Assembly (NCBI GenBank): GCA_001179505.1 | Contig: CDMY01000304.1 | Coordinates: forward strand, 1 to 64,000 | Source of the DNA: Vitrella brassicaformis CCMP3155 | Taxonomy: Eukaryota; Protista; Chromerida | Reading direction: 5' to 3' | DNA length: 64,000 nt | In this document: positions 12,001-25,436 of the stretch, in pieces | How positions within the stretch are numbered: position 1 is the first letter of the stretch | Layout of the letters: each line of letters begins with the position of its first letter | Notes under the pieces: generated by a model | Told to the model about the DNA's origin: nothing | What the model saw: only the letters and a program-made list of their open reading frames with translations | Databases searched by the model: none | Translations under genes and position numbers: made by a program

Positions 12001-15000
12001 GATGAGCAGCGAGGAGACGAAAGGAGATGAAGGTACGATGAAGAGTGGGTGGTCGCTGCATCGCAGATGCCGTTTCCCTGACTTCGGATGCAGGGGCCGA
12101 ACGGGGCTTGTGGGAGGAAGAACGTACGCTGCCCTCACACGCCGCACAGACACGCATCGAGTCATCCACCCATCCAATCATGGCTGGCACACGCGGGCTG
12201 ACCGCACTTTTTGTTCTTGCATGTGCACATGGGTTGCAGCTCTCGTCCTGGTTGATACGAAAGGTACGTGCGGAAGAGAAAGTGAGTTGTGCCTGTTTCC
12301 TTGACTTTTGCGATGCCTGTCAGGCAATAATTGTGGGTACAGCATCCCCCTCGAAAACTCCCCCGACGGCCTGGATTTCGTCGTGTGCCAGAAAGCCGGG
12401 AGCGAGGGCGACTTCCCGCTCACCGGAGTCCCACTCACCGGCCGGCAGGTTCAGCCCGAGGACACTGCGGTGAGCGGGACTGCAAGCATTGCGATTTCAC
12501 GATTCGCGTGTCAATGTGTATCGGCGGCAGGCGGGTGCTCTGCTGCTGGATGTCATGGACTCGTTCAAGATGGCCCAGTCGGAAGTCAGTGACGTGTTGC
12601 ACAAGTGAATATGACGGCAGAAGGGGGGGAGGAGAGACTCTTCTTACAGAGATTCGTCTTCTCCTCTCTGTTGTGTTGCGTCTGCAGGGTGGTATGCACG
12701 CCGGGCCCCTGTGATGGCAGCCTGCGTAAGTTGACCACACCCGGATCTTGCTGCACGGGATGTCAGCTTTCTGCTGCTGTATTTGTCGCAGAGTCCCTGC
12801 GTGGCATGACGGATCAGGAGTGGGAGGTGCTGCAGGTTCCCCGCCCGCTCGTCAAGACCATCCAGGACAGGATCAACCGCGCCTCACGGGACACATCGAG
12901 AGGCGGCCAGACCATCCAGCGGCTCCGGTCGAAGCTCATGCAGCGCGAGAAGCAGAGCACCAAGATGAGGCAGACCGACGCACTCGAGATGACAGAAGAC
13001 AGGCAGGGAAACAAGCGCCTGTAAGACGGACAGAGGAGCAGATTGCGGGCATGAAAGTGGCCGTAAATGGGTGTTTGTTTGTGCAGGGACTCGGACACCG
13101 AACCTGACGGCGACGGGTAAGCCGACAAGAGCACGGTGGACATGAAGGACGGATCTCCTTGGCTCCCAGCAGTGCGGTGGGGGCCAAGGAGCGGACGTCC
13201 TGGCAGGGCAAGGGCGGGGGCGAGGAGCTCGTGATGACCTTTGATCCACCGGGCTCACCTGACGCTGCCACACAGCGTAGTCCGGTGGTCATCCGCCTCC
13301 CAATCCCAACGTAAGATAAATGAGGCGATAGGCATCCACCGATTGAGAGTGGCCGCGGCTGATGGATTGTGTGGTGACCATGTTTGCTGTCCTGCAGGAC
13401 GTTAGAGGAGAAGGAGGAAGCGGGGAGGGAGCTGAATAGAGGCCTCGAGAAGCTGCAGGACGCCTGGAGGAAGCCGGAGGGTGTCCATGCCACAGAGAAG
13501 GAATCGTAAGCAAAATGGAGGGTGGTATTTGCGCGTCCTTTTCATTTCGTGCAGATCCATGTCGGAACGCGCACCATTCCCCGACGCGGGCGTTCTGCAC
13601 AGCCTCATGGAGAAGCACGAAAGGTCAGTCATCACCACTATCACGGAGCGCGCAGACAACTAGCGACACACAGACCTGATGTGATACATGCAGCAAGCTG
13701 GCTGCAAGGGACAAGGTGGTTCAGAGGTACATACGGACGCACCCAGACGACCACAGACGCTCAGCAGCTCATGCACATGCGTCACCTTGGTTCCTGCATT
13801 GCATGTGGGCTGGGCAGCCTGAAGGACGCACTGGCGGCCGCGCAGGGGGCCCAGGAGAAGGCGCTCAAGGATGAGGTGGACAAGGTGAACCGCAAGAACA
13901 TCGCCAACGTGTCCAAGATGCAGGAGGCCTACAAGAAAAAAGTCATCAGGTGGGGGATGGAGGGATGGAGGGAGGGACGGAAGGAGGGAGGGAGGGAGGA
14001 TGTTGTTCGTGTGTGTGGGGGTATGGTGACTGTCAGTTTGGAGAAGAAGTGTGAGAGCGTCGCCGCACAGAAGGACAAGGAGATACAGCGGTCAGTCGAT
14101 GGATCGATGGATGGATGCGCACAGACAGGCCGGCCTCTTTTGCTTCCCTTCCCCATCTTGGTCTTTATCTCAGCCTGAAGGCCCAGCTGCAGCAGCAGGA
14201 CGTCACGCAACAGTGAGCGGCGACCAGGAGAGGGGAGGGGGCGAGGGAGGTGCGATAATGTGCGTGTGTGCACGTGTGTGTGTGTGGTGGGTCGGTCAGG
14301 AAGGACTACCAAGAGCTCAAGAGACAGGCAGAGGCCCTAAAGGACGACAAGAAACGGTAGATGTATGACTGACAAGACACGTTGCAGACGTCCATCGACA
14401 TCTGTCTGTGTGCTCTCTCGTGAGCTTTTTCCTTCAGCTTGGAGCAGACCATCAAGGCTAAGTCGACCTCCATAGCCCAGAAGGACCAGGAAATCAACAA
14501 GTAAGTAGGCGGCACGCAAGGCGCCACACACGCATGGCCGCTTCTGCTACCGTCACTGCAGCTTGAAGGCCGCCATGCAGAAGCAGGATGCGGCGTGCCG
14601 TCAGCAGATGAAACAACACGAGGACCGCCTCAAAAGGTCCCACAATCCCTCAGCCACAGTACCTCTCGTCGCTGCTCATTGCTTGTGTGCTGTGTGGTGT
14701 GGTGTGGTGCAGTGAGTTGGCCGAGGAGAAGGCGTCGATCCAAGCCGCCTGCAGCGCCTCACAAGTGGCCCTCAAGGACGAGATACGGAGGTGAGCCCTT
14801 TACCCCGGCACGTCTTTCGTGCATCTCTCTGTGGCGCCTTTGTTGTTCAGCCTTCACGCAGAGATCGAGCTCCTCAAGGCCAACGATTTCGACACGTGAG
14901 TGAGAGCAACACACACACGCCCGCCGATTGTGTATGTGGGTGTGGTGTGGTCTGTCAGGTTGGAGGCGTCACTCTTGTGGCTCGAGGGCGGCAAGGCTTC

Positions 15001-15495
15001 ATCAGCCGACGAGCTGACGACCTTCTGCCGCAGCCTGCACGACCGACTCGTCGATGTCACGGCCACATCCACCAAGCTGCAGGGCCTGATCGCAAAGGCC
15101 AACGATGCCGCAGCCAAGCGACGCGAGGCAGAGCTGCAGGCGCTCTTGCGAGGGCACAATGCAGAGGTGGAGGCACTGCATAGCAAGCACAAGGCGGCGA
15201 CGGACGAGGCTGTCGAGGCGGCCAAGGCAGAGGCCAAGGACTGCATGATCTGCATGGCGGCACCCAAGACGACATACTTCACCGCATGTGTAACCAACAG
15301 AAGAAACCATCTCGACATTGTCAAGGGTACTCACCCAGACACCATGACTGCGCTTGTGTGCTGCTGCTTGATCAGCGGCATTTGAGTGTGTGTCCCAGCT
15401 GCCGCGACAAGCTGCTGAACGGGCCCCCCAACCGGCGCAAGTGCCCTGCGTGTCGGGTGGCCGTCAGCCAGTGGCGAGAGGTGTACAATACCTGA
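12001..15495 (+). CDS. Multi-exon coiled-coil protein with C-terminal C3HC4 RING (putative E3 ligase); possible SAM-like domain
   Basis: C-terminus CMICMAAPKTTYFTAC|RHLSVCPSC...RKCPACRVAVSQWREVYNT*; long heptad exons at 13.8-15.2 kb; SLRGMTDQEWEVLQVPRPLVKTIQDRI resembles a SAM helix pattern. The 5' exons are less certain. Confidence 0.75.
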
Positions 15496-15932
15496 CGCCT
15501 GACGGATGGACGGGAGGAGGGAGGGAGGAGGCGCGGTGCTGTCGATCGGTGTAAGTCGTTTTGTTGGGATGTGCTGATACGTACATCCGTACTGCATACA
15601 TTTGTCCGGTCTTTATTCATCTCGCTCCATTGCACATTGTGCCGTGAGTGAGGGGCTCTGCCATTTCGTGTGCATGCAGTAGACACATTCACACTGACTG
15701 TGTGCCAGCTGCAATGTTATGCGAGGTCTCCCTGATTGGTTTCATAGGTGTTTATATGTATGTGCCGTTTGCTCATCGATAGCTGCTTTCTGGATGGTGC
15801 ATACACGTTGCGACCGTGCTGCTTGAGTACATGTTTGTGCCTATATGCGACTCGAATGAGTCTACGAATGTGCCGTCAGCATCATTGCCAAGAAAGCAAT
15901 GGATACAGCCGACACAGAAGATCGTCGTTTCC

Positions 15933-15941
15933 AAGCTCGCA
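15933..15941 (-). promoter_or_regulatory. Recurrent upstream motif TGCGAGCTT (AAGCTCGCA on +)
   Basis: Exact 9-mer ~110 bp upstream of the CBP20 ATG (16052). Confidence 0.45.
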
Positions 15942-16051
15942 CCGTTTGGCGATTCCTTCCCTCTTCACTTCCTCTTCCGCCTCTCCCCTCCCGGTGCTCA
16001 GCGCATCCCTCAAGTCGGTGGAAGTTCTTTCAGTGCCGCGTTGTGTTGAGG

Positions 16052-17205
16052 ATGGCGCATCTGTATGTGGATCTGGACCCTCACAAGACCGACTACTGGG
16101 ACAAGAAGAGCGGTAAGAGGGGATGGATGAAGCAGCAAAGCGCCGAAAGCAAAGCCGCTGTGCTTCTGGTGTGCATCGTCGCAGGTATGTCTCGCGAGGA
16201 GTGGTTTGACCGCATTCGCAAGTCGACGACCGTCTACGTTGGTGAGTGCTGGCCACACGCAGCCGTTCATCATCGTGCGTGGCAACTCGGTGGATGTCAT
16301 CTTGGCGGTCGCCAGGCAACCTGTCGTTTTACACGACGGAGGATCAGATCTACGAGCTGTTTGGCAAGTGCGGTGAGGTGTTGCAGATCGTCATGGGACT
16401 CAACGCCAAGAAGAAAATACCTTGCGGATTCGCTTTCGTCAAGTGAGACTGATAGACCGACCGACAGACGGACAGACAGACAGCAAACCTTTAACCGCTC
16501 CATAGCACCCCATATCATCGTGTTTCTCTCTGTTGGTGTGGTGGGTGTGTGGGTCAGGTTCCGCATGAAGGCGGCGGCTGTTGCGGCCGCTCAGCTGCTC
16601 AACCAGTGCGAGCTCGACGGCAGACCCATACGCGTCGACTGGGACACTGGAGAGGGTACACCTACAGATACGACACGCACACACGCACACACAGACACAC
16701 ACACGTCCACCTCTCTTTCCGTGTCTGTGTGCGTTCAGGCATCGAGGGCGACCGCAAGTATGGTCGCGGTGATCACGGCATGCAGTGGCGCGATGAGTTC
16801 CGAAGGGACTACGATGCTGCGCGGGGCGGACATGGCGGCGGACTCGACTACGACGAAGTCAAAGAGAGACTCAGATATGAGTCGAGAGGTGAGTCAGCAG
16901 CGGGCAGACGAAACACAAGCACAGTTTCACACCCTCATTTCCGGCATGTGTCGTTCTCCTTTCCTCGCATGTCGTCAGGTCGTGGTGGCGGCTGGCGTGA
17001 TGGCCCTTCCCGTCCGATCCTCGGCAAGCGCCACCGTGAGGATGAAGGCCTCCTCCCCCCACCCTCATTCGGCCCCCGACCACCTCCCTACTTCCCCCCG
17101 CACTTCGGCCCCCCTGGCGACTTCGGACCCCATCGTGGCGGCAGAGAGGGAGGGAGGGGCAGGCGGCCTGCCTTCTCGGGCAGGGGGAGGGGGGCTGGTA
17201 GATAG
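16052..17205 (+). CDS. NCBP2: Nuclear cap-binding protein subunit 2 (CBP20), RRM plus RG-rich tail
   Basis: RKSTTVYV|[42 protein letters not shown]...[13 protein letters not shown]|[30 protein letters not shown], the canonical CBP20 pattern. Confidence 0.95.
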
Positions 17206-17772
17206 CTGACTAGCTGGGTGGGAGTGCCGTGTTTTGCTGGCGAATTGTGTTTGTATATCGACAGAGTATGGGTCTATGCGTGTCCCTGTCGTTTCTGCGT
17301 CGGCGAAGGGTCCTGTGCTGTCGATGGCTCCAGCACTGGGCCATTGGCAGTTCGTGACCCTTGGCACCAACAGATGCGACAGGGACACTTATGACCAGCA
17401 TCATTTCCTTCTCTTCATGCTGTCTGCATCTCTTCTTCTTTGACTACGACTGGAGCAGTGTCATCATCAGAAGTCTCGTGTGGCCCTGTGTCTCGTTGTT
17501 CTGTCGACGAGTAGCAGAGTCACGCGAGAAGGAGGACGATGTCACTCCGTCAGTCAGCCAGCCAGTGCGGACCGAAGAAAGAACGAATGAATGAACGAAT
17601 GAGTTGTCGACGTGTGTGTACTGTATGCGACTGTTATGTACACACACGTGTATACCAAAATCCGTACAGACAATCAATGTGCGTGTGAAACACGATCGCG
17701 TGATCATCCATCCGTTGACTCATTCTACTGCCTGTCTCAGGTGACAGCTTGACTGTGTCACGCGTCTCTCTC

Positions 17773-19979
17773 ATGATCATGAGTCTCTTCGTGCTTGTCT
17801 TGGCGCTCACCGCCAAGCCGCTGGCCGCCAAGAGCAACCCCTACCCCAAGCCGTATGCCGCCTACATCGGCTCCCCGCCCCCGCCCGGCACGCCAGTCAA
17901 GACCCTCATAACACGCGCGGAGATGGGCATTTCAGATGAGGAGTACAAGGCCATGCTCAAGCCGAGCCCACCGATCTCATACGAACGAGCGATGGAGACA
18001 CTGATGAGCGGCTTTGAAGACGGACACTTCCCCAAACCATTCAAATGTCAGTCAGAGACAAACAAACAATCCATCTCCTTCATTCCACGTGTGTGTCTCT
18101 TGTGCGGTGTCTCACTCACATGCAGCTGGCATTGAGGAGTTTGTCATGCCATCCAACGAGCAGTTGGGCGTGGCCGAGTTTGCCCCACCTCCTGGAGAGG
18201 CAAGACAACCGACACACAGACAGACAGACAGACAGGAGATGTCTTGATTCCATGTCTCTGTGTGTTTATGTGTGTGTCAGGAGGAGAGAGGTGTGGAGGG
18301 CGAGCTGGTGGGCAACCGCGTGGTTGTAAAGGGCGAGCGTGTGTTGCAGCCGCAGCCGAAGGTCCAATACATCATCCAAGAGCTGCCAGAGGAACGCAAA
18401 GCTGCAGAGCTCTCGTCATACCCCAGACCGGGACTGCCGAAGGCCATCGTCGAACCGCAAGAAGGTAACTCGTTGGTGGGAGAGAGAGGGGAGAGGGGAG
18501 GAAAACAATCGGTGAGAGGGGAGAGGGGGGTAACTCGTGGGAGAGGCGAGAGGTGACGAAGGGGAAAGGCACGATCGGTCGTGTTTGTTTGTTGTGTCAG
18601 CCGTGGTGCATCCGCCGCAGTACGCCATCCTCGCGTACAAGGTGGTGCTGATCGTCGTCTCCGTCTCAAGCATCATCTACTTCCTACTCGCAGGCCTTCT
18701 TGGTCAGCGGCCGGCCACACAACATGAGGAAACACACACACGCACATTGGCCATATGTCTCCTTGTGTCTCTGTGTGATTTTAGGTGAGACACTCTTGGA
18801 GGTGCTGAAAGAGCAAGTCTTCCTCAGCGTGAGTGCCAGCCTGAGTGTCTTCTACATCGTCCTCATCGTTGGCATCAACCTCCTCGACGCCGTTCACTCG
18901 CTCGACGTGGCACTCACCATCGTCCTCGCCCTCCTCGCCGGTCAGACACACAGAGACAGCCAGAGAGTCGTGCAAGTGCACGCTGTATTGTGTGTTGTGC
19001 GTGTGTGCATTTGTGCAGGTGTGGGTGTGTTGTTGGTGGGCCGGCTGCGCGACACGTCTGCCATCAGCCGTGAGGTGGTCATGTCGTTTGTGGCGGCGGC
19101 CTTCATCAACCTCGTGTACCAGGGCGTCTGCTGGCTCATGCGCAACCCGTTGGGACCCATCGGCCTGCTCACCATCCAAGTGAGCACCGAGACGCCACAT
19201 GGACGGACACACCAATGTGTGTGTGTGTGTGTGTGCGTCTTTGAAGCCCAAGACGGCGTGTGTGACGTACTTTGTGTTGCTGCCCTCGCTCGCCTACGCC
19301 GTCGTCCTGCTGGTCGGCAGACAGACAGACAGACAGACAGACATGCCACTGTCACGTGTGTGTGTGTCGTGAATAAAATGTCAGCTGCGTCGCGTGGTCC
19401 CTGCTGCCACCATCCAGAGTCTCCTGCGCACGTTCGTGTCGATCTTCTTCGTCGTGGCCGGTGGGCAGCCAACTCAAAATGCACACTCACCGGATTCGCT
19501 CATCTGTCTCCCGTGTGTGTGTCTCTATGTGTCTCTCTCTCTTTGTGTGTCTGTGTGCAGCTGCCAGCTATGCCGTCCACGCACTCATGCCGCGCCTCTT
19601 CCCTCTCATCGCACTCGTACACACACACTCCGATGGATGAAGGGGATGGACAATGATCATGTGGCCTGATGGATGTGCTGCACGTCTGTCTGGGTGTGTC
19701 CGTCCGTCTGTGGTGCAGGAGCCGATAGCCTTCTTCGCGCTGCCGTCGATCGTCTTCAACGCATCTTGGCGCGAGGCCGTGTTCTTCGCTGCCTTCGCCG
19801 GGCTGTGGAAGGGACTCACTTTCCTGACGGTCCTCTTCAAGGCGCCAACCGTCCAGCCAGCAGAACCAGCACCACGAAGAGAGGCCGAGGTGAGTGAGGC
19901 AGAGCAAGAAAGAAAGATCGGGGGAGGGGGAAGAGACGCACACATTTATCCTCTCGCGTTTGTGTGTGTGCAGGGCTGA
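17773..19979 (+). CDS. Signal-peptide-bearing multi-pass membrane protein of unknown function
   Basis: N-terminus MIMSLFVLVLALTAKPLAA, Pro-rich luminal exons, then several hydrophobic exons (YAILAYKVVLIVVSVSSIIYFLL; VFLSVSASLSVFYIVLIVGINLL; EPIAFFALPSIVFNASWREAVFFAAFAGLWKG). Last exon GGC TGA at 19974-19979. Confidence 0.7.
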
Positions 19980-20292
19980 GAGGGATGGTCGAGCAGCGCA
20001 AACAGACAGACAGACAGACAGACAACAGACAGAAAACCGGACCGACATGTTTTGGTTGAGATGAGCGACTCCTTTGCACTGACGACACACTCGTGTGTAT
20101 GAATCTGTCCATGAACGAGTCCCACCAGTGCGTCCATACTCATCAAACTACATTGATATCTTTCTACAGAGTCCCTCCTTCTGCACTCCTCATCAAGGGC
20201 ACGAGCCCATAACGCAACACATACCGACCTGACACACACACACACACATACACACACACACGTACACGTCATGTACACACCAGCGCACATGT
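19486..20292. repeat. Left arm of a long inverted duplication (partner 22387-23475)
   Basis: Reverse complement of 22387-23475 apart from scattered substitutions, small indels and the N gap. Confidence 0.93.
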
Positions 20293-20386
20293 GTCCATGA
20301 ACGCATTGGCCTCCCGTTTGATGAGTATGGACGCCCTCCCTAATGTCATATGACTCCCGTAAATACATGTGTTCCAGCCAAATAAG

Positions 20387-21774
20387 ATGTCATCGTTTTC
20401 TCGCGTCGGGGTGCTCGCCAAGGAGCTAGAAGTGGAGCTGGGCAAGATCACCGCCGACATCGAACAGCTCAAGAGGGAGCAAATCGCACAGTTGGAGAAG
20501 GAAAGGGAAACGTACGTGAGCCGCACGGACGCCCGGACAGATGGACAGATGGTTGGTCGGTTGATGGCGTGGTTGCAGGTTGGAGAGCGAATACCGTGAG
20601 AAACACGACGCCTTGGTTCGTGAGCGGGCTGCCCTCGAGGCCGAGAAGAAGATGATGTACGCACGGCACCCAGAGCCGCTGCAACACGACGTGCTGCAGT
20701 TCAACGTCGGGGGCCGACAGATGGCCGCCAAAAGAGCCACGTACGGCATGGAGTCCTCTGCGTGTGCGTTGTTTCGGCCTATCCTTGTGGCTTTGTGTCC
20801 ATGTGTTCAGTTTGTGCGTGGTTCCTGGCAGCTACTTGGCCAACTGTTTCTCGGGCCGGTGGGAGCACTGCATAGAGCGCGACGCCGACGGGTGCTACTT
20901 CCTGGATTTCGACCCCGAGTGCTTCGAAGTCATACTCAACTGGCTGAGGTGTGCAATGAGAGGTGGGGGGATGGCGAGGCTAGAATGGGCAGGGAGATGT
21001 GCCTTGTGTGCAGGGATAGGCGTGTGCAGGGATCGGGCATTGGCGCCAAGCCGCCAGGTTGGTACACGTCTTCTCACTTTCGTACACGTCATTTTTCGCT
21101 GTCTTCAGTGCCTTCTGTCGGTAAGGAGAGCCACTTCGCCAACCTCGTGGAGTTTCTCGGCCTCAAAGAGTCTGCAGACAACCACCAGCACACATCCACG
21201 GCCATTAGCTGCACGTCCGCACAGGACATCACCACCCGAGAGAATAGCTCTGAAGGTGAGCAGACAGCCACCTGTACCATGATCCGCACTGATTCCGCAG
21301 GTAATGCTGTCCTCCTTCGTCTTCTCTGCTCGTGCAGGTGTGTCGGCCCCTGCGCTGGCATCATCTGCAATGAGAGCTGCGTCCAATCTGCCTCAGTGGC
21401 GCGTGGTGCCGGGCGTGTGGGTGTGGGATGAGAAGCACGGCGGGGCTGGGTGCGGACTGCCCGACACGAGAGCCAGGGGCTGCTCCCAAACCATCAGAAC
21501 AGAGGAGCCCGTCGCAGATATAGGTCGGTCCCATCGCGAATGAGATGGCACACTTTCTCGTACAGCTGTTGGTTGGATATGGTTGGCGTGTATGTGTGTA
21601 TGTGGTCAGGGGGTATCGTGTGCTGTTGGGAGGTGGAGGTGCGGACCGTGTCCGATTGGAGCTATGTCGGCTGCGTCACTGAGGAGTGGGGAGGCAGCAT
21701 GGCCGCCTGCAAACCCCTGGGCAGGACCCACCACTCCTGGGCCATCGCCAGCAATGGTACGTACTCACTCTTGG

Positions 21775-21811
<37 letters not shown>

Positions 21812-22515
21812 GGCACACAAACAGACGGGCACTCGTACAATACGATGTTTGGGTGTCTTTAAATTGCGTGTAATCTGAGCGAGCAGGTAGTGTGTTGTCG
21901 TGCGGCGTCGAAAGACCCCCAAAGAGCCCCAACACTACTGCCTACACCACTGGTACGTGGGCATGGCGCAGACGTCCGTACGCGCTCGATTGGTGCTGGC
22001 CTGTTCGTATGCATGTGCACACGTACATCTTCTGCCGCTGCACGGCAGGCGCCCGTTTGTGTTTCGTCTGCCGGCTGAACGAGCCAAACAAACCGGTGAG
22101 CGCTCAGGGAAAGATCGAACGCCTCGCCCCAATTAAACAAGGAGACGCCCGTACGTCCGTGTGTGCAGGTCACGGTCATTGTCGACGGTCGGCGCCACGA
22201 AGGTGCTTCGGAGATGAAATGAATGCACGTGTGTGGGCTTTGATTTCATCATGTGCTGGTCTGGATGTGTGGTGTATGCTGCTGTCCTGTCAGCCCTGTT
22301 CCATCTAGGACCCAACGCTGACGCAGTGTTCCCGGCGGTGTCCAACGGCCGATCTCCAGGTGGGTTTCCATCCGCTCATCGGCTCGACATGTGCGCTGGT
22401 GTGTACATGACGTGTACGTGTGTGTGTGTATGTGTGTGTGTGTGTGTCAGGTCGGTATGTGTTGCGTGATGGGCTCGTGCCCTTGATGAGGAGTGCAGAA
22501 GGAGGGACTCTGTAG
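20387..22515 (+). CDS. Coiled-coil + BTB/KCTD + SPRY-like protein
   Basis: LQFNVGGRQMAAKRAT...SYLANCFSGRWEHCIERDADGCYFLDFDPECFEVILNWLR (KCTD BTB); CCWEVEVRTVSDWSYVGCV...LGRTHHSWAIASNG and VFPAVS (SPRY). The terminal exon GRYVLRDGLVPLMRSAEGGTL* (22451-22515) lies inside the right repeat arm. Confidence 0.8.
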
Positions 22516-23475
22516 AAAGATATCAATGTAGTTTGATGAGTATGGACGCACTGGTGGGACTCGTTCATGGACAGATTCATACACACGAGTATGTCGTCAG
22601 TGCAAAGGAGTCGCTCATCTCAACCAAAACATGTCGGTCCGGTTTTCTNNNNNNNNNNNNNNNNNNNNNNNNNNNNNNNNNNNNNNNNNNNNNNNNNNNN
22701 NNNNNNNNNNNNNNNNNNNNNNNNNNNNNNNNNNNNNNNNNNNNNNNNNNNNNNNNNNNNNNNNNNNNNNNNNNNNNNNNNNNNNNNNNNNNNNNNNNNN
22801 NNNNNNNNNNNNNNNNNNNNNNNNNNNNNNNNNNNNNNNNNNNNNNNNNNNNNNNNNNNNNNNNNNNNNNNNNNNNNNNNNNNNNNNNNNNNNNNNNNNN
22901 NNNNNNNNNNNNNNNNNNNNNNNNNNNNNNNNNNNNNNNNNNNNNNNNCTGTCTGTCTGTTTGCGCTGCTCGACCATCCCTCTCAGCCCTGCACACACAC
23001 AAACGCGAGAGGATAAATGTGTGCGTCTCTTCCCCCTCCCCCGATCTTTCTTTCTTGCTCTGCCTCACTCACCTCGGCCTCTCTTCGTGGTGCTGGTTCT
23101 GCTGGCTGGACGGTGGGCGCCTTGAAGAGGACCGTCAGGAAAGTGAGTCCCTTCCACAGCCCGGCGAAGGCAGCGAAGAACACGGCCTCGCGCCAAGATG
23201 CGTTGAAGACGATCGACGCAGCGCGAAGAAGGCTATCGGCTCCTGCATCACAGACGGACGGACACACCCAGACAGACGTGCAGCACATCCATCAGGCCAC
23301 ATGATCATTGTCCATCCCCTTCATCCATCGGAGTGTGTGCGTACGAGTGCGATGAGAGGGAAGAGGCGCGGCATGAGTGCGTGGACGGCGTAGCTGGCAG
23401 CTGCACACAGACACACAAAGAGAGAGAAACACATAGACACACACACACGTGAGACAGATGAGCGCATCCAGTGAG
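22387..23475. repeat. Right arm of the inverted duplication, containing a 300-N gap
   Basis: Reverse complement of 19486-20292. Carries minus-strand copies of the last exons of the 17773-19979 gene with a 1-nt deletion near 23218. Confidence 0.93.
22649..22948. other. Assembly gap (300 N) at a (TCTG)n microsatellite
   Basis: N run; the homologous left-arm position holds only a short (CAGA)n tract. Confidence 0.99.
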
Positions 23476-23668
23476 GGCATGTCCTTCAGCACAATGCATC
23501 ACATACAGAGACATGCAATTGATTGTGGGCATACATTAAGTCATAGCGCAACGGCACACATTGATGTCAACCTTCCAACTCCCTCCACAGTGTGCATACT
23601 CCTTCTATCTATCATGACTTCATCTCAATCAGTGTATCTATCGCGTCTACCAAAGCCGGGTGGGTCAG

Positions 23669-25436
23669 TCACTCAGCAATGGTCGAACCGAACCCTCTAC
23701 CCGACCCAGAGAGACCTCTCTGCCTCCCCACAGCCACGCACCCCGCCAGCCCGCCAACTCTCACCCCCCATCCATCCCACTCCCACTTGCCGCGTGCACG
23801 ACGCATCACCTTCGTCAACCACTTGGCCATCCGCGGAGGGCCCAGCATGACGATCACGCCATCATCATGCACCACACGCATCATCTCACCAAGGGCACCA
23901 TCCATAAGCGCTTCCCATGACGCAGCTGCCGTGGTAGTGTCTGTGGTGGCGAGGGGCGTGAGAGTGGTGCGGTGGTGGAATGGGAGGTCGGTGACGACCA
24001 TGTCCACGTGTGGGGTGGAGGGGGGCAGGGTGGACGACAGGGCGAGGGCATTGCCGACGTAGCACGACAGATGGGCTGAGAAAGGGATACAGCACACAGG
24101 CAGGGCACATCAGCAGGGAACCGCGGGGCTGGCTTCATGTTCTCTTATGATGCAGGCTGGCTGACCATCTCCCGTGGTTTGTCGGTCTTTGGCGGCCTGA
24201 ATGTTGGCTGCGAAGGCATCAATGCAGGCAGCATCACTATCAACACCGATCATGCGACCCTGCACCAACCTCACCAACGAACGGCTATCGGTTGCCGCGC
24301 CAGGATACATTCGCATCTGTACATTACCTTTCTATCGACAGTAGCCGCCTCCAGCAGTATGGTGCCTATGCCACAGAAGGGGTCCAGCCACACCAGCCCC
24401 TCCCCCTGTCGCCCCCTCTTCTGTTCCAGCGCCAGCCGCACCATGAGATGAGCGGTGGACGGCCGCAGACGCACTCGTCGGTCGGTGCCAGAGACCAGGA
24501 AAGGCCGCTGCTCCATTGGGATTGAGGCGTGGGGATGGCCTTCGCCGTCTTCCAATGAGAGCAACATGAAGGTCTCTTGGTAGCTCACCAGGCAGAGGAG
24601 CGTGTGGTGACGGAGGGAGGGGTCAGGCCTCACGGATGGAATCCAGCCGGTCTTCTGATGCACCCACGAAGACATCTGCACACACAAAGGCCGGCAAGCA
24701 CAACACACAGAAAGGGTGTGGTGGGTGCCTTCACACGTTTCCCTTCCGGTGGACCGTGAACCCGCCTTGCCTGTCTCATGATGGTCTCGCTGGTGAGGCC
24801 TCCATGCCACCCATCTCTCAGACACGACGCACGAACACGCGAAGGGGCCGTCCTGCCCTCCTCTTGCCGCATCCCGCCCAACACCATTCGCTTCAGCGTC
24901 AACGCACTTGACCATCTCCCGGACTGGTCAACCAAATGCCGCAGCTGCGACAGCACCAGGTCCGCATAGCCTTCATTTTCGCCATCGGTAGCCGGTGGCA
25001 GCTTGGAGGAACCGACGAAGGCATAAACAGCAATGAGGAACGGGCAGTGCCTCAGCAGCTCTTTGTAGAGTCCGGCCGGCCACTCTCCCAGGTCGCTCAT
25101 GAGGATCTTCCCGACAGTTGTGACACCTCCCTTGCCAGAAGGCGCCCCAGGCAACACGCGGAAAGAGGGAAAGGCGTCGTGAGCCGCTGCTGATGCCTTC
25201 AGGAGGCGCACCGCCAGCTGCTCGAAGCCGCGAGTAACGAGCAGACAGAAAGCTGCGTCGACCGATGTGCTCGTAGTTGCAGTTGCTCCAAGGGAGAGCG
25301 TTGACGCATGATGCCTGGTCGAGGAATCACGGACAAGAGGCTGTGCTGAGATGGAGAAAGAAGGGAAGAATGGACGAGGGGATGAATGGTGGGTCGGCAG
25401 CATCTTGGTTGACAGCCAGCGGCTGATGACTGGCAT
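23669..25436 (-). CDS. THUMP/UPF0020-family RNA guanine-N2 methyltransferase (THUMPD2/3-like)
   Basis: LRPSTAHLM, SAM-binding motif LDPFCGIGTILLEAA, GVDSD..CI..FAANI, GNALAL and DMVVTDLPF. The start Met is uncertain (25436 or 25403). Confidence 0.85.

Noticed and set aside
15671-15678. Apicomplexan TGCATGCA motif (also 44805 and 50726)
   Set aside because: Only three hits noticed, one intronic, in DNA rich in TG/CA repeats; not distinguishable from background.
22533-23393. Long ORFs spanning N runs (also 47425-48110, 54383-55260, 59948-60485)
   Set aside because: Artefacts of translating through assembly gaps.
19486-23475. Inverted arms as terminal inverted repeats of a DNA transposon
   Set aside because: No target-site duplication at the outer flanks, no transposase, and the arms consist of host exons and introns.
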